Below are positions 23,792-36,775 of a stretch of 64,000 nt of DNA, one piece after another. Origin of the DNA: Octopus vulgaris (taxonomy: Eukaryota); NCBI GenBank assembly GCA_951406725.2, contig OX597817.1, positions 558,001 to 622,000 of the forward strand, written 5' to 3'. A model generated the notes under the pieces. The model saw only the letters and a list, made by a program, of their open reading frames with translations. It did not search any database and was not told the DNA's origin. The position numbers and the translations under genes were made by a program. Each line of letters begins with the position of its first letter. Position 1 is the first letter of the stretch.

Positions 23792-24299
23792 TACAGAAGA
23801 ATCTGAATTGATTTAGAAATAATTTGAGAAACCAAGAGTGATGAGCGACAGTTGTTATTAAATTAAAATTTTATTTCATTTGATCACATTAAAAAAATAA
23901 CATCAATAATTGATGATAAAGTGTTATAAAAATAATGAGCAAATCCAATATTGGCGCTGATATACTATCAAAATCTTTTTTTAAAAATTAGGAAATATTA
24001 ATTTTTCTAGAGTGTATTTCACAGTAATATACTGTGTTATGAAATAATGCAATTGGGTTTATAAACAGATAGTTGACTGATATTTATTCTGTTTTAGTGC
24101 ACTCCAGAGAGATGGAAGGCAAATATGATACGTATAACATATGAGCTCACAACGTAAAAAAAGACGTCACGAACCACTACACTCTGCTATTTCTTCTCTA
24201 GTCACCTTCAAACGTTGAATTATTTGTTTGTGTACGTGTGACGACAATCTTAACGTTACGTTCTCTATCTACGATGTTTTTTCATCACAGTTTCAGTTT

Positions 24300-25450
24300 A
24301 CTAATGATCCAAAGATTACTTAAACAAAGTATGTTGCTTCTGAAGAAAATCATGAATGATTTGAACTTTCGAAAATTTTTCAATATACTGAAGATAGAGG
24401 TTTTCATGTTTGATTATAGGTTCGCAGTCACATATAATTACGTATTACTCCCAAACTTGTACTGTTTCAGAGTCGTATTTCACTTCAAGGTTTCTTAACT
24501 GAAATGCTTCGATGGCCTGTTTTTAATTTCCTTGCTTGTAATTAGAACGTTGAAATTACCATCATTATAAAACTGGTAATATAAAAGCTTTTGGAACGCA
24601 GTATTCCGCCGAGCTTCATAGATTAAATGACAAAACCTCATTTTCGAAGGTTTTGTTTTAACAAGCTGATTTCTGTTTAGAAATATTTAGAGAAAAGAAA
24701 AAGGACTTTTTATTCATGCTTCCACTGACTGAGGTTTCAGTTACCTTTCCAAGTTTTTGAACAACTGAATGATAATTATTTCAATTATATCAACCTCAAA
24801 GCACTTCTAAGATCGGGTCATTTGTATTTTCTATGACAAAATGTTCACTGTTAAATTCACAAAAAAACCCCAAAGCTCTTAGTTTGAACAGTTGGCTGTT
24901 GATGTGAACTTCATATCTCATTTTTTCTAGTGTAATATTCTTCTCCGCATCTGATGTCTATACCAGTTGCTCGTGAAAGAACAAAAGCTCAGCTAGAATA
25001 TTTAGACTCATAGTTTCTTCAGCAAAGTGGTTCCTACTATTCGTTATCTTTTATTATAATAGCATCAAAATATTAATGAAGATTTTCAAGACAATTATTA
25101 TTATTTCCCTGTCAAAAATTACTATTTTAAAACTAATTTTGTGCATTCTTCGTGTTATTTCTCGGCTCATTCAAACAAAGGGAATCCGATGACTTGCTAA
25201 CTTCATATTTTGTCTGGTCCACAATTATAGGACATTCTACGTTATGTTATTTCACTTTGTTGTCTCTTTGGTGGTAAAACAAAATCCATCGCATTGCCTA
25301 ATATGGTCAAAATCAATTCATTTCTAAGTGATGGGATATCAATTCAAGTCGGTGACCAATGTATGAAAAATTATTTGTGAGGCACAGATCAGCCATTGAT
25401 ATGTGTAACAATACTTTATGAATGTAAGTAAATGATTTTACGAAGTTGTC
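24300..25450 (-). mobile_element. Possible very old hAT (Charlie/Buster-like) transposase relic
   Basis: Broken FGS(T)Y..C....SNMK-like and SR.ITRRM-like pieces on the minus strand. Weak. Confidence 0.3.
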
Positions 25451-26947
25451 ATTTCATGCCAGTCACTTCTTCTGCGGATTCCCATGATTCTCTGTCACCA
25501 TCCGATTCCATTATTATGAATGTGAATTGGGAGCTTGTGTCATAGGGAATCTTTCATTAGCTGATTTCCCAACCATGGACGCCACCCCAGTGGATACGTT
25601 GCAGTCATTCTCCAGATAGAGCTTGGTGATCCTGACCGTTGATCTACGATTCCTGCGCTCAACATCAATTTGAGCTCTTCCACTACCTCTTCACAATCTG
25701 CAATGCTACAGTCCCATGATTTCGCCGTATCTCTGGCAGGATGGCTGAGCGGGTGCTATACCTTGCCAACGGACAGCCCGCAACTATGCAGGGCAAGGTC
25801 GTCACTCCTTCGGGTATTTTCAAAATACCCACATACCCGCAGTCATATACACCTTCTTTTATTTATTTATTTATTTATTTATTTGCCAGACAGGGGTATA
25901 TATGATCACTCTGCTTCCAAACATTAAAATGTGATCGAGGAATTTTTGTAGCTGGTCGAATGACTGCATATTTTAGGAGGTTCAGTTTGCTACAGAGGGG
26001 TTTGCTTGTTCGCTCAGGTTTTACGATTTTGTCTTATATGTGTTGTTTTACTTCGGACTACCACTAATAGCGCATATTTACGATTAAAAGTATTTCAACT
26101 GTGATTCTGACTTTTAAGGGGTATGTTGGACTTCATCGAATATTTCCCGAAGATTTTTTAAATTCTTAATTATCAACTAACAAAGGGTTTACGGGAAATG
26201 TATATTACGTGTTAATTTTGTTTATACTTAACCACTAGCGTAGCTAGAATGTGTGCCGCTACCACCCCACTAGCTACGCAATTGACACATTTAGACTCCG
26301 TTGCTTCATTGTAAAAGCAGAAGGAGAAATCAACGACTGTAAAGAAAAACTAGGATCTTTTCCTTTTGAACGGCAGACTCGTTTTTGTTGAAGAAAACAA
26401 CAAAAGAAAAGAAATAGAGTGAAATGTACTTTGTTGTTGTTTAACCTCGGGTTAGCTCTGAACGAGTAAGGCTATGAGTTGGGGTGTTTCAACCAAAATC
26501 TTCCTGTCTTTTTCGAGGAATACATAATATAATGAGTTCTTCCTTCCTTCTTTTTCTTTTTTCAAGACAATGGGGGTAGTGTGGTGTGAAGCAGCTACTA
26601 CAAGCAGGTCAAGGATAGATTTGCTTTCGTTCTTCCAGGAGAAAATAACATCCAAGTACCAGAATGGATTTGGTATTCAAATAAGGAATACTAGATGTGA
26701 ATAAAATTTTAATGAAAGATTAGAACTAAAAAGATAACTAGTAGTTTTAAGATTTCACAATCGCGGTTAGATTATGCTTCGCTGATGAGGTCTAATAATA
26801 TCGAAACGTTCAGCGTTGCCACCATACAGCTAAAGCTGTTCGTCTTTCACTGCATTCCATAATTAATTTTAATTAAAACTTTAACTTTAAAGAGAATGAT
26901 TGTTCTCATTACAAAGGTTCTAATTTTAATGAAATAGAATTTTTTTA

Positions 26948-27346
26948 TCTTTATATATAAAAGTCAAGTTGTGTGTCTGTCTCCTACGATTTAGATTCCT
27001 AACTACTCCCACATTTTGCGGTGCAGTTTAACCAAAACCGGGTATCTTATAGTCGTGATTCATATCGAGCCCTTCTGGGTATTAGCGCGCGTCTACGATG
27101 AGTCTACGATTTAAAAAAAAATTTACCATCATTTTTTTCCATTTTAATGCAGTTTTTCGCTATTATATAAGGGAATTAACTCTCTAAAAATGTCTACGAT
27201 GAGTCAACGATTTTTAAAAAAATTTACCATCATTTTTTTTTCCATTTTTAATGCATTTTTGGGCTATTTTTTGGTTATAACTCTCTAAAAATGCTTATAT
27301 AGTTATTTCCCTTACAAACCCGAGCAACGCCGGGCGATACTGCTAG
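26948..27346 (+). mobile_element. Non-autonomous Helitron
   Basis: A|TC start, CCCGAGCAACGCCGGG hairpin 8 nt before CTAG|T end, no TSD, internal direct repeat of about 60 bp. Confidence 0.85.
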
Positions 27347-27399
27347 TTTATTATACAAAGCTTACTAGCGCCCACATTACTTTCAAGTTTTTATATGCA

Positions 27400-27614
27400 A
27401 CAAGCGTCTCCAAGTAATTTTTCCGCGTTATTTTTCGCCAAAAGTGGAAGCGCCTCTCACGATGTACTGAGTTGTCTCCCTTGACGTATATTGCGTTTCA
27501 AGTAGCGAATTACAAAATGGCGGCCGTACGAAGAGCTAAAATGTTCCAGTGTCCCGCCGTAATTTGTTATTCTTTCCGTGAACTAACCGTCTGAATTCGA
27601 TCTACATTTGTAGA
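27400..27614 (+). promoter_or_regulatory. Putative FBXO9 promoter / 5' UTR
   Basis: Locally CpG-rich. YY1/TISU-like CAAAATGGCGGC at 27513-27524, E2F-like TTTTCGCC, ETS-like GGAAG and CRE-like TGACGT, all just upstream of ATG|gtgagt. Confidence 0.6.
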
Positions 27615-27617
27615 ATG
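27615..27617 (+). CDS. FBXO9: FBXO9 exon 1 coding part (initiator ATG only)
   Basis: tagaATG|gtgagt: a strong donor directly after ATG in a CpG-rich promoter-like block. Phase 0 matches exon 2, which has no ATG before its acidic tract. Confidence 0.7.
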
Positions 27618-30600
27618 GTGAGTTGATATATCTATTCAACTGGCATTTTATTCTTTAAATCATACTGACGTTATTTCGTTATTTATTGTTTTAAATGCTG
27701 TGTCCCTCCCCAAATGCACCCATATGTGCGCGTGTGTGTGTGTGTATGGAAATACAACTCTATACAGATGGACTATGAACACACACATACGCTCGCCTTA
27801 CATCTATCTACTTAACTACCAATACTAACTTCTTACCCACCTTGACACCTTCCAATATGTCGTTGGCGTGGCATCCTCTGTTTAAGGACAAACGACAAAA
27901 CTTATATAAGCAGGGTTTCATTGGAAAAGGCTTCCTTGGAACCCACCTCTCGGACATCTACACTTTCTTTCTTTGTTGTTTCACTTTTTTATTCTTTTGT
28001 CGCCTTGTTCTATAATTGTATGACTTTATATTTATTACTTACGGAAAGACAGGAAAGCGTGTCGGCTTGTTGAGAGCTGCAGGGGTTGAACAGCCACAAT
28101 GGGTCAACAAGTGAGCCTCTATTTAATCTTTCGATCTGCGAGGATTAGCAGCCAAACCTCGTTTAAGTCTCTGTGCTCTCTTAAAAACTGAAGGACAAGA
28201 CACACGGGATAAGGAAAGTAGTCATAGGTAAAAAAATGGGGTGGCCATGCTTTTGATCAGAGGTCTGCACAATCAGGCTGATCAACAGGCCAGGCCTTGC
28301 AAACTTGTTCGAGGGATCCTCTGTTGTCGCTCGATATACCAGACAGTCATCAAGTCTCCTTCAAAAAGATCCAGTGGATAATGTCTTACATGTCCCTAAA
28401 AAGACGGGATCATCATAGAATGTCTTTAATTGTCACCCAATCAGGATTGACTGGGGCTAAACAAGAAAAATACCTTTTTCGAGAGAGAGAGAGTCGCTGT
28501 GTAGTCTAATCGCAGCTAATTCTTCAAATTGCACTTTAACGTCTTAAATAAATGGAAAAAAAACCCAAAAAACAACCGCGTTAAATCATGTAGTCCGTCA
28601 TAGCCCTAAAAAGAAAAGAGGGATCACAGGTAGAATTCCTTTGGTCATAAGTGTGCTGGATGTCGGGGTTGCCTTGTTGCTAAACAACAGTAGTAATCAC
28701 CTTGTTTTTATTGTTTATTTTCGCAACACCCACTCCTTTAAGAAACTAAGTTGTACAACGCTGCTAACATTATCCATCGATCCATTTATGGACGGATAAA
28801 AAAAAAAAAAGAAACTATTGTCATTTATGTTCGTTTAAAAATAAATTTAACATTTCATATTGAATTAAGAGATTGCCATTGTCTGTCTCACCCTTCGCTC
28901 GCTCATCATCAACTTTCGGTGGAGGTAAAGAATATGCACACCACCCGTTTTCGGCGTAACCCGAAACACCAGGTGTGCGTATTCTTCACCTTCGCCCAAC
29001 TTTCTTCTGTATGTCACCTTATTACTATATTCCCTCTTATATCAGTTCTAATATTCTCTTACCATATCTTCTCTCTCTCTCTCTCATGGTAAACTTTCTC
29101 ACTCTGTCTCTCACCCTCTTACCAATACTCCTTATATCCTCTTACTAGATCTTTCTCCTTTTCTCTAATACTTTTTCATATTCTCTCCCCCCCTTCTCTG
29201 TACTAGTTGCTTTTATCACAAACGCAAAATAGTACGAGTGAGTTTCATATTTGAAATAACAAATTTCCTTCATGTCTGTGAATAATGTAATGCGAAAGAA
29301 ACATTAACAGCGATATATGTTTGCTATTATACTACCGTGGCTGAGCCTGCGATTCTGGCATAAATATTACTCAAAAATAAGTGTAGGAGGGAATAATCAT
29401 TCGTTTTAAGTGTTTAGGGGCGATCTTTTTCGAGAAGCGAGCCGCATGAGACATTTCTCATCATAAGGTGGGCCGCACTAGTAAAAAATAGAAAATTCAA
29501 GGCGATTTTTTGATAGGCGTGGAATTGCGGAAGTGGCGCGAGCTGAACTTTGTTTATGATTGATTAAGAAAGTGAAAGAATGAACTCGGTAGATGGCGCC
29601 ATAAAGAAATGAAAGTTAAATAATGTTCACCAATGAAATGAAGCTGCAAAAAGGGGTTTGGATTAAGCAGTGAATGGTAGGAGGAGGAGGAGGAGGGAGT
29701 ACATCCCAGGACAAATGGTGTGTTCAACCGCGCCCCCCCCCCCTGACATGACTGCGATGGCGTTGATGCGGGAAGTGGCCAGCGACACTTTGCAAATTGT
29801 TTGTTATGCAAAAATGGCCGGAATTTTGGACGGCCAGCGCCTGTGAGAATCGCAGAGGTCACAACATTCACTATGGGATAATTGGCACAATGACGATTGA
29901 TATTAAAAAGTAATATGGAGTTTGTTGCAGAAACCGGAATGGACTTCGTTGAACTCTGAAATAGTTTCATTCCTGTTTATTACCAAGTTTCTGGTCGATG
30001 CCAACTTGTTTCCAGTTCTTTCATTTTGTGGATACTTAAAACGAGAGATTACCCAAAACATAACCATACAAACTTCGGGCCAATTTCTATATATAATCCT
30101 TCTAACTCTGGGCATAAAGCTAGTATTTTCGAGGGGAAGGAGTTAATCACTTCCACAACCAGAATGGTACATTTTCTTATCGATCTTGGAGAGATGAAAA
30201 GCAAACTTAACCTTGGTAGGATATGAGCTCAGAGCGTAAATAGTCGGATCCGAAACCACCCGACATTTATTTTGTTCAACGTTCTAACGATTCTGCCAAT
30301 CCGAGTTAGCAATTCGATTTGAAAGCAAATTATGAGGAATATTTACTGCCTTTCATAGATGTATAGCCAGGGCCTTCGCTAAGCTCCTACTACCCTTGTA
30401 GTCCCAACGACCTCAGCGGTTCAGGATCCTCATGTCAAGATCAAAGTACATAGATGAGTCAGCTATTTATGTTGGTTAAGATGTTGAACAAGAATTAAAC
30501 TATGTTAACTGAAAATTTCAAGAAATAAAATGGTAATACATTGTACCTGCAAAAGTTCTTGTAAAAATATTGCATTGTACCATGAGCGTGTAGCAGACTT

Positions 30601-30731
30601 TGTGGATTGCCTATGATATCTATTGAACACGAGCTTAGCTCTCAGCTTCATTATTCTGAACTGATCAATGATTGCGCGATGCGAAAAGTGCACCGTGTTT
30701 GTCTTCGAAAGTTTCCTGGATTATAAAAGTG

Positions 30732-31464
30732 GGATCTTTTCCTTTTGAACGGCAGTTTTCAACACAATTTCTAGTTAATTAAACACTTTTAAACTTCGTA
30801 TACTGGTAGAATGTGTCAAAATAAAACATTTTTTTCCCCTTGGATTTCTTGAGAAAATTGTAATCTGTAAGTTTAACGTAGTTTAATTTTTCGAATTTTA
30901 ACCAATCCTATGCCCTCTATTGAGCTAAAATCATTTGCTGCGTCTAAAACTGAGACAACATCCCGTCACTAACCCTAACCCTAAATTTTAGCCTTTCGGT
31001 TTTTTTTTCTTAATTGTTAAGTTAATTTGATTGTTACGCGTGTCTAAAATTATTCGTTTTGTTTTGAGTTTTTGCTTTCGTTTTAGCCTTTCGTTTTTTT
31101 TTCTTAATTGTTAAATCAAAATTATTTTCCATTGCTTTCGTTTTTTTTTCTTAATTGTTATCCTTAAATTTATTTAACTATTAAGAAAAAAAAACGAAAG
31201 GCTAAAATTTAGGATTAGGGTGAGGGTTAGGGTTAATAACAGGATGTTGTCTGTTTTAGACGCAGCAAATGATTTTAGCTCAATATAGGGATTGGTTAAA
31301 ATTCGAAAAATTAAACTACGTTAAACTTACAAATTACTATTTTCTCAAGAAAGCCAAGAGAAAAAAATGTTTTATTTTGATACATTCTACCAGTATACGA
31401 AGTTTAAAAGTGTTTAGTTAACTAGAAATTGTTTTGAAAACTGGCGTTCAAAAGGAAAAGATCC
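30732..31464. mobile_element. MITE with long TIRs (Merlin-like)
   Basis: Perfect 8-bp TSD TAAAAGTG and termini GGATCTTTTCCTTTTGAAC. Inverted arms exceed 250 bp and include (TAACCC)n/(TTAGGG)n. Confidence 0.88.
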
Positions 31465-31734
31465 TAAAAGTGCTCTTTTATTCATATCTGGAAGTTTTAC
31501 TTTTTGAAATTTGTGATAGACATAAATAAGTTTAACTTGTACTTTTAAATATGTTCTTTAGGATAACGTGAAATACTGAACTTCAGTTAGAATAAAGTAA
31601 AATAGATTATGAATTTTGATTGAAGGGATGGAGCCTCGAAACAAAAAGTTGCAGGGGGCCTCTAAAAGTCACGTGATGGAGCTGTGTATAGTACTCACCT
31701 AGCATACAGACTAGCTGTTCCTATTGACATAACT

Positions 31735-32046
31735 TATTAACTGGCACTCCGTCGGTTACGACAGCGAGGGTTCCAGTGGGTCCGACCAATGGAACAGGCT
31801 GCTCTTGAAATGAACTTGCAACTGGTTGAGCACTCCATAAATACTTGTACCCTTAACGTTGCTCTTAGGGAAATTCAGTTGTGACACAAGATATTATAAG
31901 GCTGACCCTTTGAAATACAGGTCCTAGTGTTTTCACCAGCTGAGTGGACCACAACAACGTAAAAAGATACAATGCGCTACCGGGAATCGAACTCACGACC
32001 TAATGACTGTGAGCCGAATACCCTTACCACTAAGCCACGCGTCTTC
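31735..32046 (-). mobile_element. tRNA-derived SINE
   Basis: Minus-strand A box TGGCTTAGTGG and B box GTTCGATTCC. Confidence 0.65.
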
Positions 32047-32419
32047 ACCTCCTGTAGAAATACGGTTGAAAAGACTGGATCTGCTGAGGCTAAACAAAAT
32101 TCAGTTATGCACACATTAACGGAATACCGAAACTAGCCATTTTAATTCATTTTTAAACTTTCTGTCTTTTTATAAGATTTCAGTCCCATCACACACACTG
32201 AAAAAAGAAATAAGAAATGCTGTTGTTATTTAACCTCAAGCCAACCTGTTGTTCTCAGTGTGGTATATTTAGAACTACATTATCCTGTGTGTCCTTCGTG
32301 ATTTTAGGTTGCTTTGGCTGCTATTTCTAGTAGATAGAACGATCGCTTAGAGGTGTGTTCTCACTGGAGACGTCAACCAGGTATCATATCATGTTAAGTA
32401 TTTTTTTTAAATGCATCTT

Positions 32420-33535
32420 CAAATGCATCACAAATAGTGAGCGGTGTTCCGCAAGGCACTGTTCTGGGACCACTACTGTTCATAATGGCCCTCTTAGACA
32501 TGCCCTCAGCCACGCAGAGAGCCACAATCACAAGTTATGCAGATGATACAAAAGTTTCACAGGCAATACAGAACCCTGAAGACACTAAGCACCTGCAATG
32601 TGAGCTGGACAAAATATACAAGTGGGCTGAAAAGAATAGCATGCAGTTCAATGCTGAAAAGTTTCAAGCTTTATGCTATCAGCATGCAAAACTAAATGCA
32701 ATACCCAATAAATACACTGGACCTGGAGGGATTGCAATCCCAGAGGCACAATCAGTGCGAGACCTGGGTATTTACATGAGTGATGATGCAACCTTTCATG
32801 TGCATGTTGCTAAATTGGCAATGAAATGTAGGCGGCTGACCGGATGGATTCTTAGAACCTTTAGAACAAGAGACCAGGAAACCATGATGGTTCTCTGGAT
32901 GACATTTGTCCTAAGCCACTTTGATTATTGCTCTCAGCTATGGTCACCATCCAGTGTCAAGTTGATCACAGAACTTGAGGCGATTCAACGAAGCTACACG
33001 AAGAAGATAGCCTCTGTGAAGCATATAAGCTATTGGGAAAGACTCACGAGATTGAGACTCTATTCCTTGGAGCATAGGCGAGAAAGATATGCCATCTGGA
33101 AGATCCTAGAAGGACTTGTCCCAAACTTTGGCATCGAGAGTTACACAAATGCCAGAACTGGGTGCCACTGCATAGTGCCAAGGACTCCAAATTTGCCATC
33201 AAGATGTAGGACAAGATACTGTGATAGCCTGGGCTTCCGAGGCCCACAGCTCTTCAATATCCTCCCGAAGAACCTAAGAGACCTGCATGGGGTGGATGCA
33301 GATGTCTTTAAAATGAAACTGGATCTTTTCTTGTCAGGTGTCCCAGATGAACCAACTTCACGGCAGGAGGTGCTGATGAGGGCAGCTGCATCGAACTCTC
33401 TCATGCACCAGATGGCATTTGCTAAAAAGCATTCGTGAAGTAAAATCATGTAGCAACACCAAATGGCGGTGCCCCAGCATGGCCACAGCTTGTGAGCTGA
33501 AACTAAATAAAATAAAAATAAAAAAATAAAAAAAT
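32420..33535 (+). mobile_element. 5'-truncated LINE, second family (RT C-terminal half, ORF 32437-33438)
   Basis: SGVPQGTVLGPLLF, YADD, VRDLG, DYCSQLWSP. A-rich tail after GGTGCCCCAGCATGGCCACAG. Confidence 0.93.
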
Positions 33536-33679
33536 AGTCACTGGAAATGAAGCTGAAGGCAAAGATCAGCTCTGATAGGTCAAAGTCATTCTTTAAGTGA
33601 CCATACAGTTTTTTTTTTCTCAGCCAGGACTACCACTATTCACTGTCTCTTAAGACAACATGCTTACTCCATCATTGCC

Positions 33680-34260
33680 GTGTAAGTTACGGGGACGTAA
33701 ACACACCAGCATCGGTTGTCAAGCGATGTTGGGGGGACAAACACAGACACACAAACTACACATACATATATGTGGCACATAAAAAGCACCATTCGAGCGT
33801 GATCGCTACCAGCGTCGCCTTACTGGCACTTGTGCTGGTGTGCAGTTAACACGTAAAAAAAAAAAACACGATTTTTTCATGGCCATTGCCAGTACCGCCT
33901 GACTGGCCCTCGTGCCGGTGGCAGATAAAAGCACCCACTACACTCTCGGAGTGGTTGGCGTTAGGAAGGGCATCCAGCTGTAGAAACTCTGCCAGATCAA
34001 GACTGGAGCCTGGTGCAGCCTTCTGGTTCGCTAGTCCTCAGTCAAATCGTCCAACCCCTGCTAGCATGGAAAGCGGACGTTAAACGATGATGATGATATA
34101 CGACGGGCTTCTTTCAGTTTCCGTCTACCAAATCCACTCACAAGGCTTTGGTCGGCCCGAGACTATAACAGAAGACACTTGCCCAAGGTGCCATGCAGTG
34201 GGACTGAACCCAGAACCATGTGGTTGGTAAGCAAGTTACCACACAGCCGCTCCTACGCCC
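33680..34260 (-). mobile_element. OR-like SINE with a + strand (GAT)n-tailed repeat (about 33770-34097) nested in its microsatellite
   Basis: The two SINE halves flank an oppositely oriented GGCGTTAGGAAGGGCATCCAG...GATGATG repeat. Confidence 0.75.
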
Positions 34261-34801
34261 ATTCGTTTACTTTTCCTCAATTGTGTTGGTGTGGGCTGGA
34301 GTTATAGAGAGAGGTGAAAGGTGGTCGAAATTTCTGATAGGTACCCACACCTTAGAACACGCATGGGCAACTTCTTTGCGAAAAGCGGGTTGCATGGGAC
34401 ATAGCTCTTCATCTGATGGATCACACTACCAAGGTAATTTTTCGTTAGATGTGGCATTCAGAAAGTCTCGCAGAAAGTCTCTTTTCTCATGACTGTCTTA
34501 GGCAAACAAACTGAAATTTTTCGTAATTATGAAGTGAACCACCTCTTCCTTTTCTGTAAAGGTGTGTATGATTATATGATTCGTAAAAATAAATGCACGC
34601 ACAATTCACGCGTGTGTGTTCAAGTTGATCAAAGACAAAACTTCAAAACTCAAACAATACGTATTTTACTACGAGTTTGCAACCTCTCAGTATTGAATCC
34701 CGTCCATTCCCCTTATTCTTGAACTTGCTTTAAAGCAAAAACCTTAGTTTAATATTTATTTTTTTAAATATAATTTTATGTATTTAATTCATATGTGTGT
34801 G

Positions 34802-34835
<34 letters not shown>

Positions 34836-35101
34836 ATAATAAATATTAGGGAATAAATCCAAATTTACAGGGAAAAAAATCAGATTTAGGATTAAATCCA
34901 ATTTTATAGTAAAATATTATATAATATTAATTCGAGACAAAACCACTATTTTGCAAAACAAACAAGGAAAGACTTAATCAATACATAAAAATTTTAATAT
35001 AAAATAAATAAATTATTTATTTATTTATTTTATATTAAAATTTTTATGTATTGATTAAGTCTTTCCTTGTTTGTTTTGCAAAATAGTGGTTTTGTCTCGA
35101 A

Positions 35102-35172
<71 letters not shown>

Positions 35173-36356
35173 CCCTGTATTTGTGTTGTGCCATTTTCTT
35201 TCTCAATCTTCGTCTTTCTTTTCTTCCTTTTTTTCTCCTCCGCCCCTTTTCTCACCCTCTCTTTCCCCCCTTCCCTCCCTCGTTTTTTTTTATTCAAATA
35301 ATAACCCGCACCACGTAGGCATAAAATGTCCTTCAACTTGTGTTGTTATTACCAAAGTCAGCCATGAATCGGGCAAACTAGGTCATCGTAACGAAAGCCA
35401 TTCAAACTGTGATCCTCTTGTCTTTTTCTATTTGTTGGCCAGCTTTGTTCCATGTGTTTTTCCTATTACACAGACGGGTGTGTAATTAGCGATATTTGGC
35501 TGCTTGGTTTACAAGACGAACTACCACACACACTTTCTCATTTGCTTATTCAATTAGTGCCGAAAGTACTTATATATATTAGATCAATATTTTATGAGCT
35601 GAGGGGAGCCTTTACGGGGTCGCTCGACATGCTAGAAATAGCAGTCAAAACTCCAACTCAGCCTATTGTCTTAAAAGAACAACACTGGATAACGTAGTTT
35701 TGAATGCATTGTGTGTAGGAAAAAGACGGGATGGTTAAGGTTTGAACACATTTGATCCCGGGTTTTACTGAGATGGCTTGGGGGTGTTCAAAACGTAAAT
35801 TTTGTCTTCCAGATTTCTATGGCAAAACCTCTTCTTTTGAATACCATAGACCAGAGGTGGGGAACCCTTTTTGGTGTTAACTGTGATCTGACAAAACTAC
35901 ATTTCAAAAAGAAAATTACACAGCTAAACCTATTTATAAAATATTATTCATAAAACTTTACATGAAGGTGTATAGCTTAGTGGTTAAGGTGTTGGACTTA
36001 CAATCACCAGATCATGGTTTCAATTTCCAGACCAGGTGGTGCAGGGCATTCTCAAACAGAACACTCCATATTTGTTGCAGTGGTTCACTGGTGCCCTTCA
36101 CACAGGGAATACTCTAACCTCAGTCACTTATACACCGTGCAAACTAAATAACTTGACCCTAATATTCCTAAGACTCAAGATAGTAATGTCCAGGAGACTA
36201 CTATATTAAAGCTGTTGGAAAATGTAGAAAAAAAAAAAAAAACAGGGCAGAGTTTGAGTTAGAAGGAGTCAGTGTTATTGTAACATTCTTTTAAACATAT
36301 TCAGGGGTCTAAGTTTTAAACACAATTGTAATTAAGGGTAGTTATAAAAAAATGAC

Positions 36357-36775
36357 TAGGCATGGTTGTATGGTAAGAAGCTTGCTTCCAAACCACATGA
36401 GTCCAGTTTCAGTCCTGCTGTTTGTGCCTTGGGCAAGTATCTCCTACTATAGCCTTGGACCAATCAAAACCTTGTGAGTGGTTTTGAGAAATGGAAACTG
36501 AAAAAAACTCGTTATATATATAGGTTTGTATGTATTTATGTATTATGAATGTATGGTTTTTGTGTGTGTGTTTGTCACCTACAACTGCTTGACAACCAGT
36601 GTTGGTGTGTTTACACTCTGTAACTTATCGATTTGGCAAAAGAAACTGATAGAATAAGTGCCAAGTTTAATTATAAAAATAAGTACTGGGATTGATTCAT
36701 TCAACTAAAAATTCTTCAAGGCAATGCCCCAGCATGGCCACAGTCTAATGACTTAAACAAGTAAAAAGATAAAAA
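36357..36775 (+). mobile_element. OR-like SINE (diverged)
   Basis: Head, CORE-like segment and tail all recognisable. Confidence 0.75.

Noticed and set aside
25560-25850. GC-richer coding-like patch
   Set aside because: No recognisable motif or splice pattern. Probably an unclassified repeat relic.
30965-31240. True telomere or chromosome fusion site
   Set aside because: Only a few units, inside the TIRs of a TSD-flanked element.
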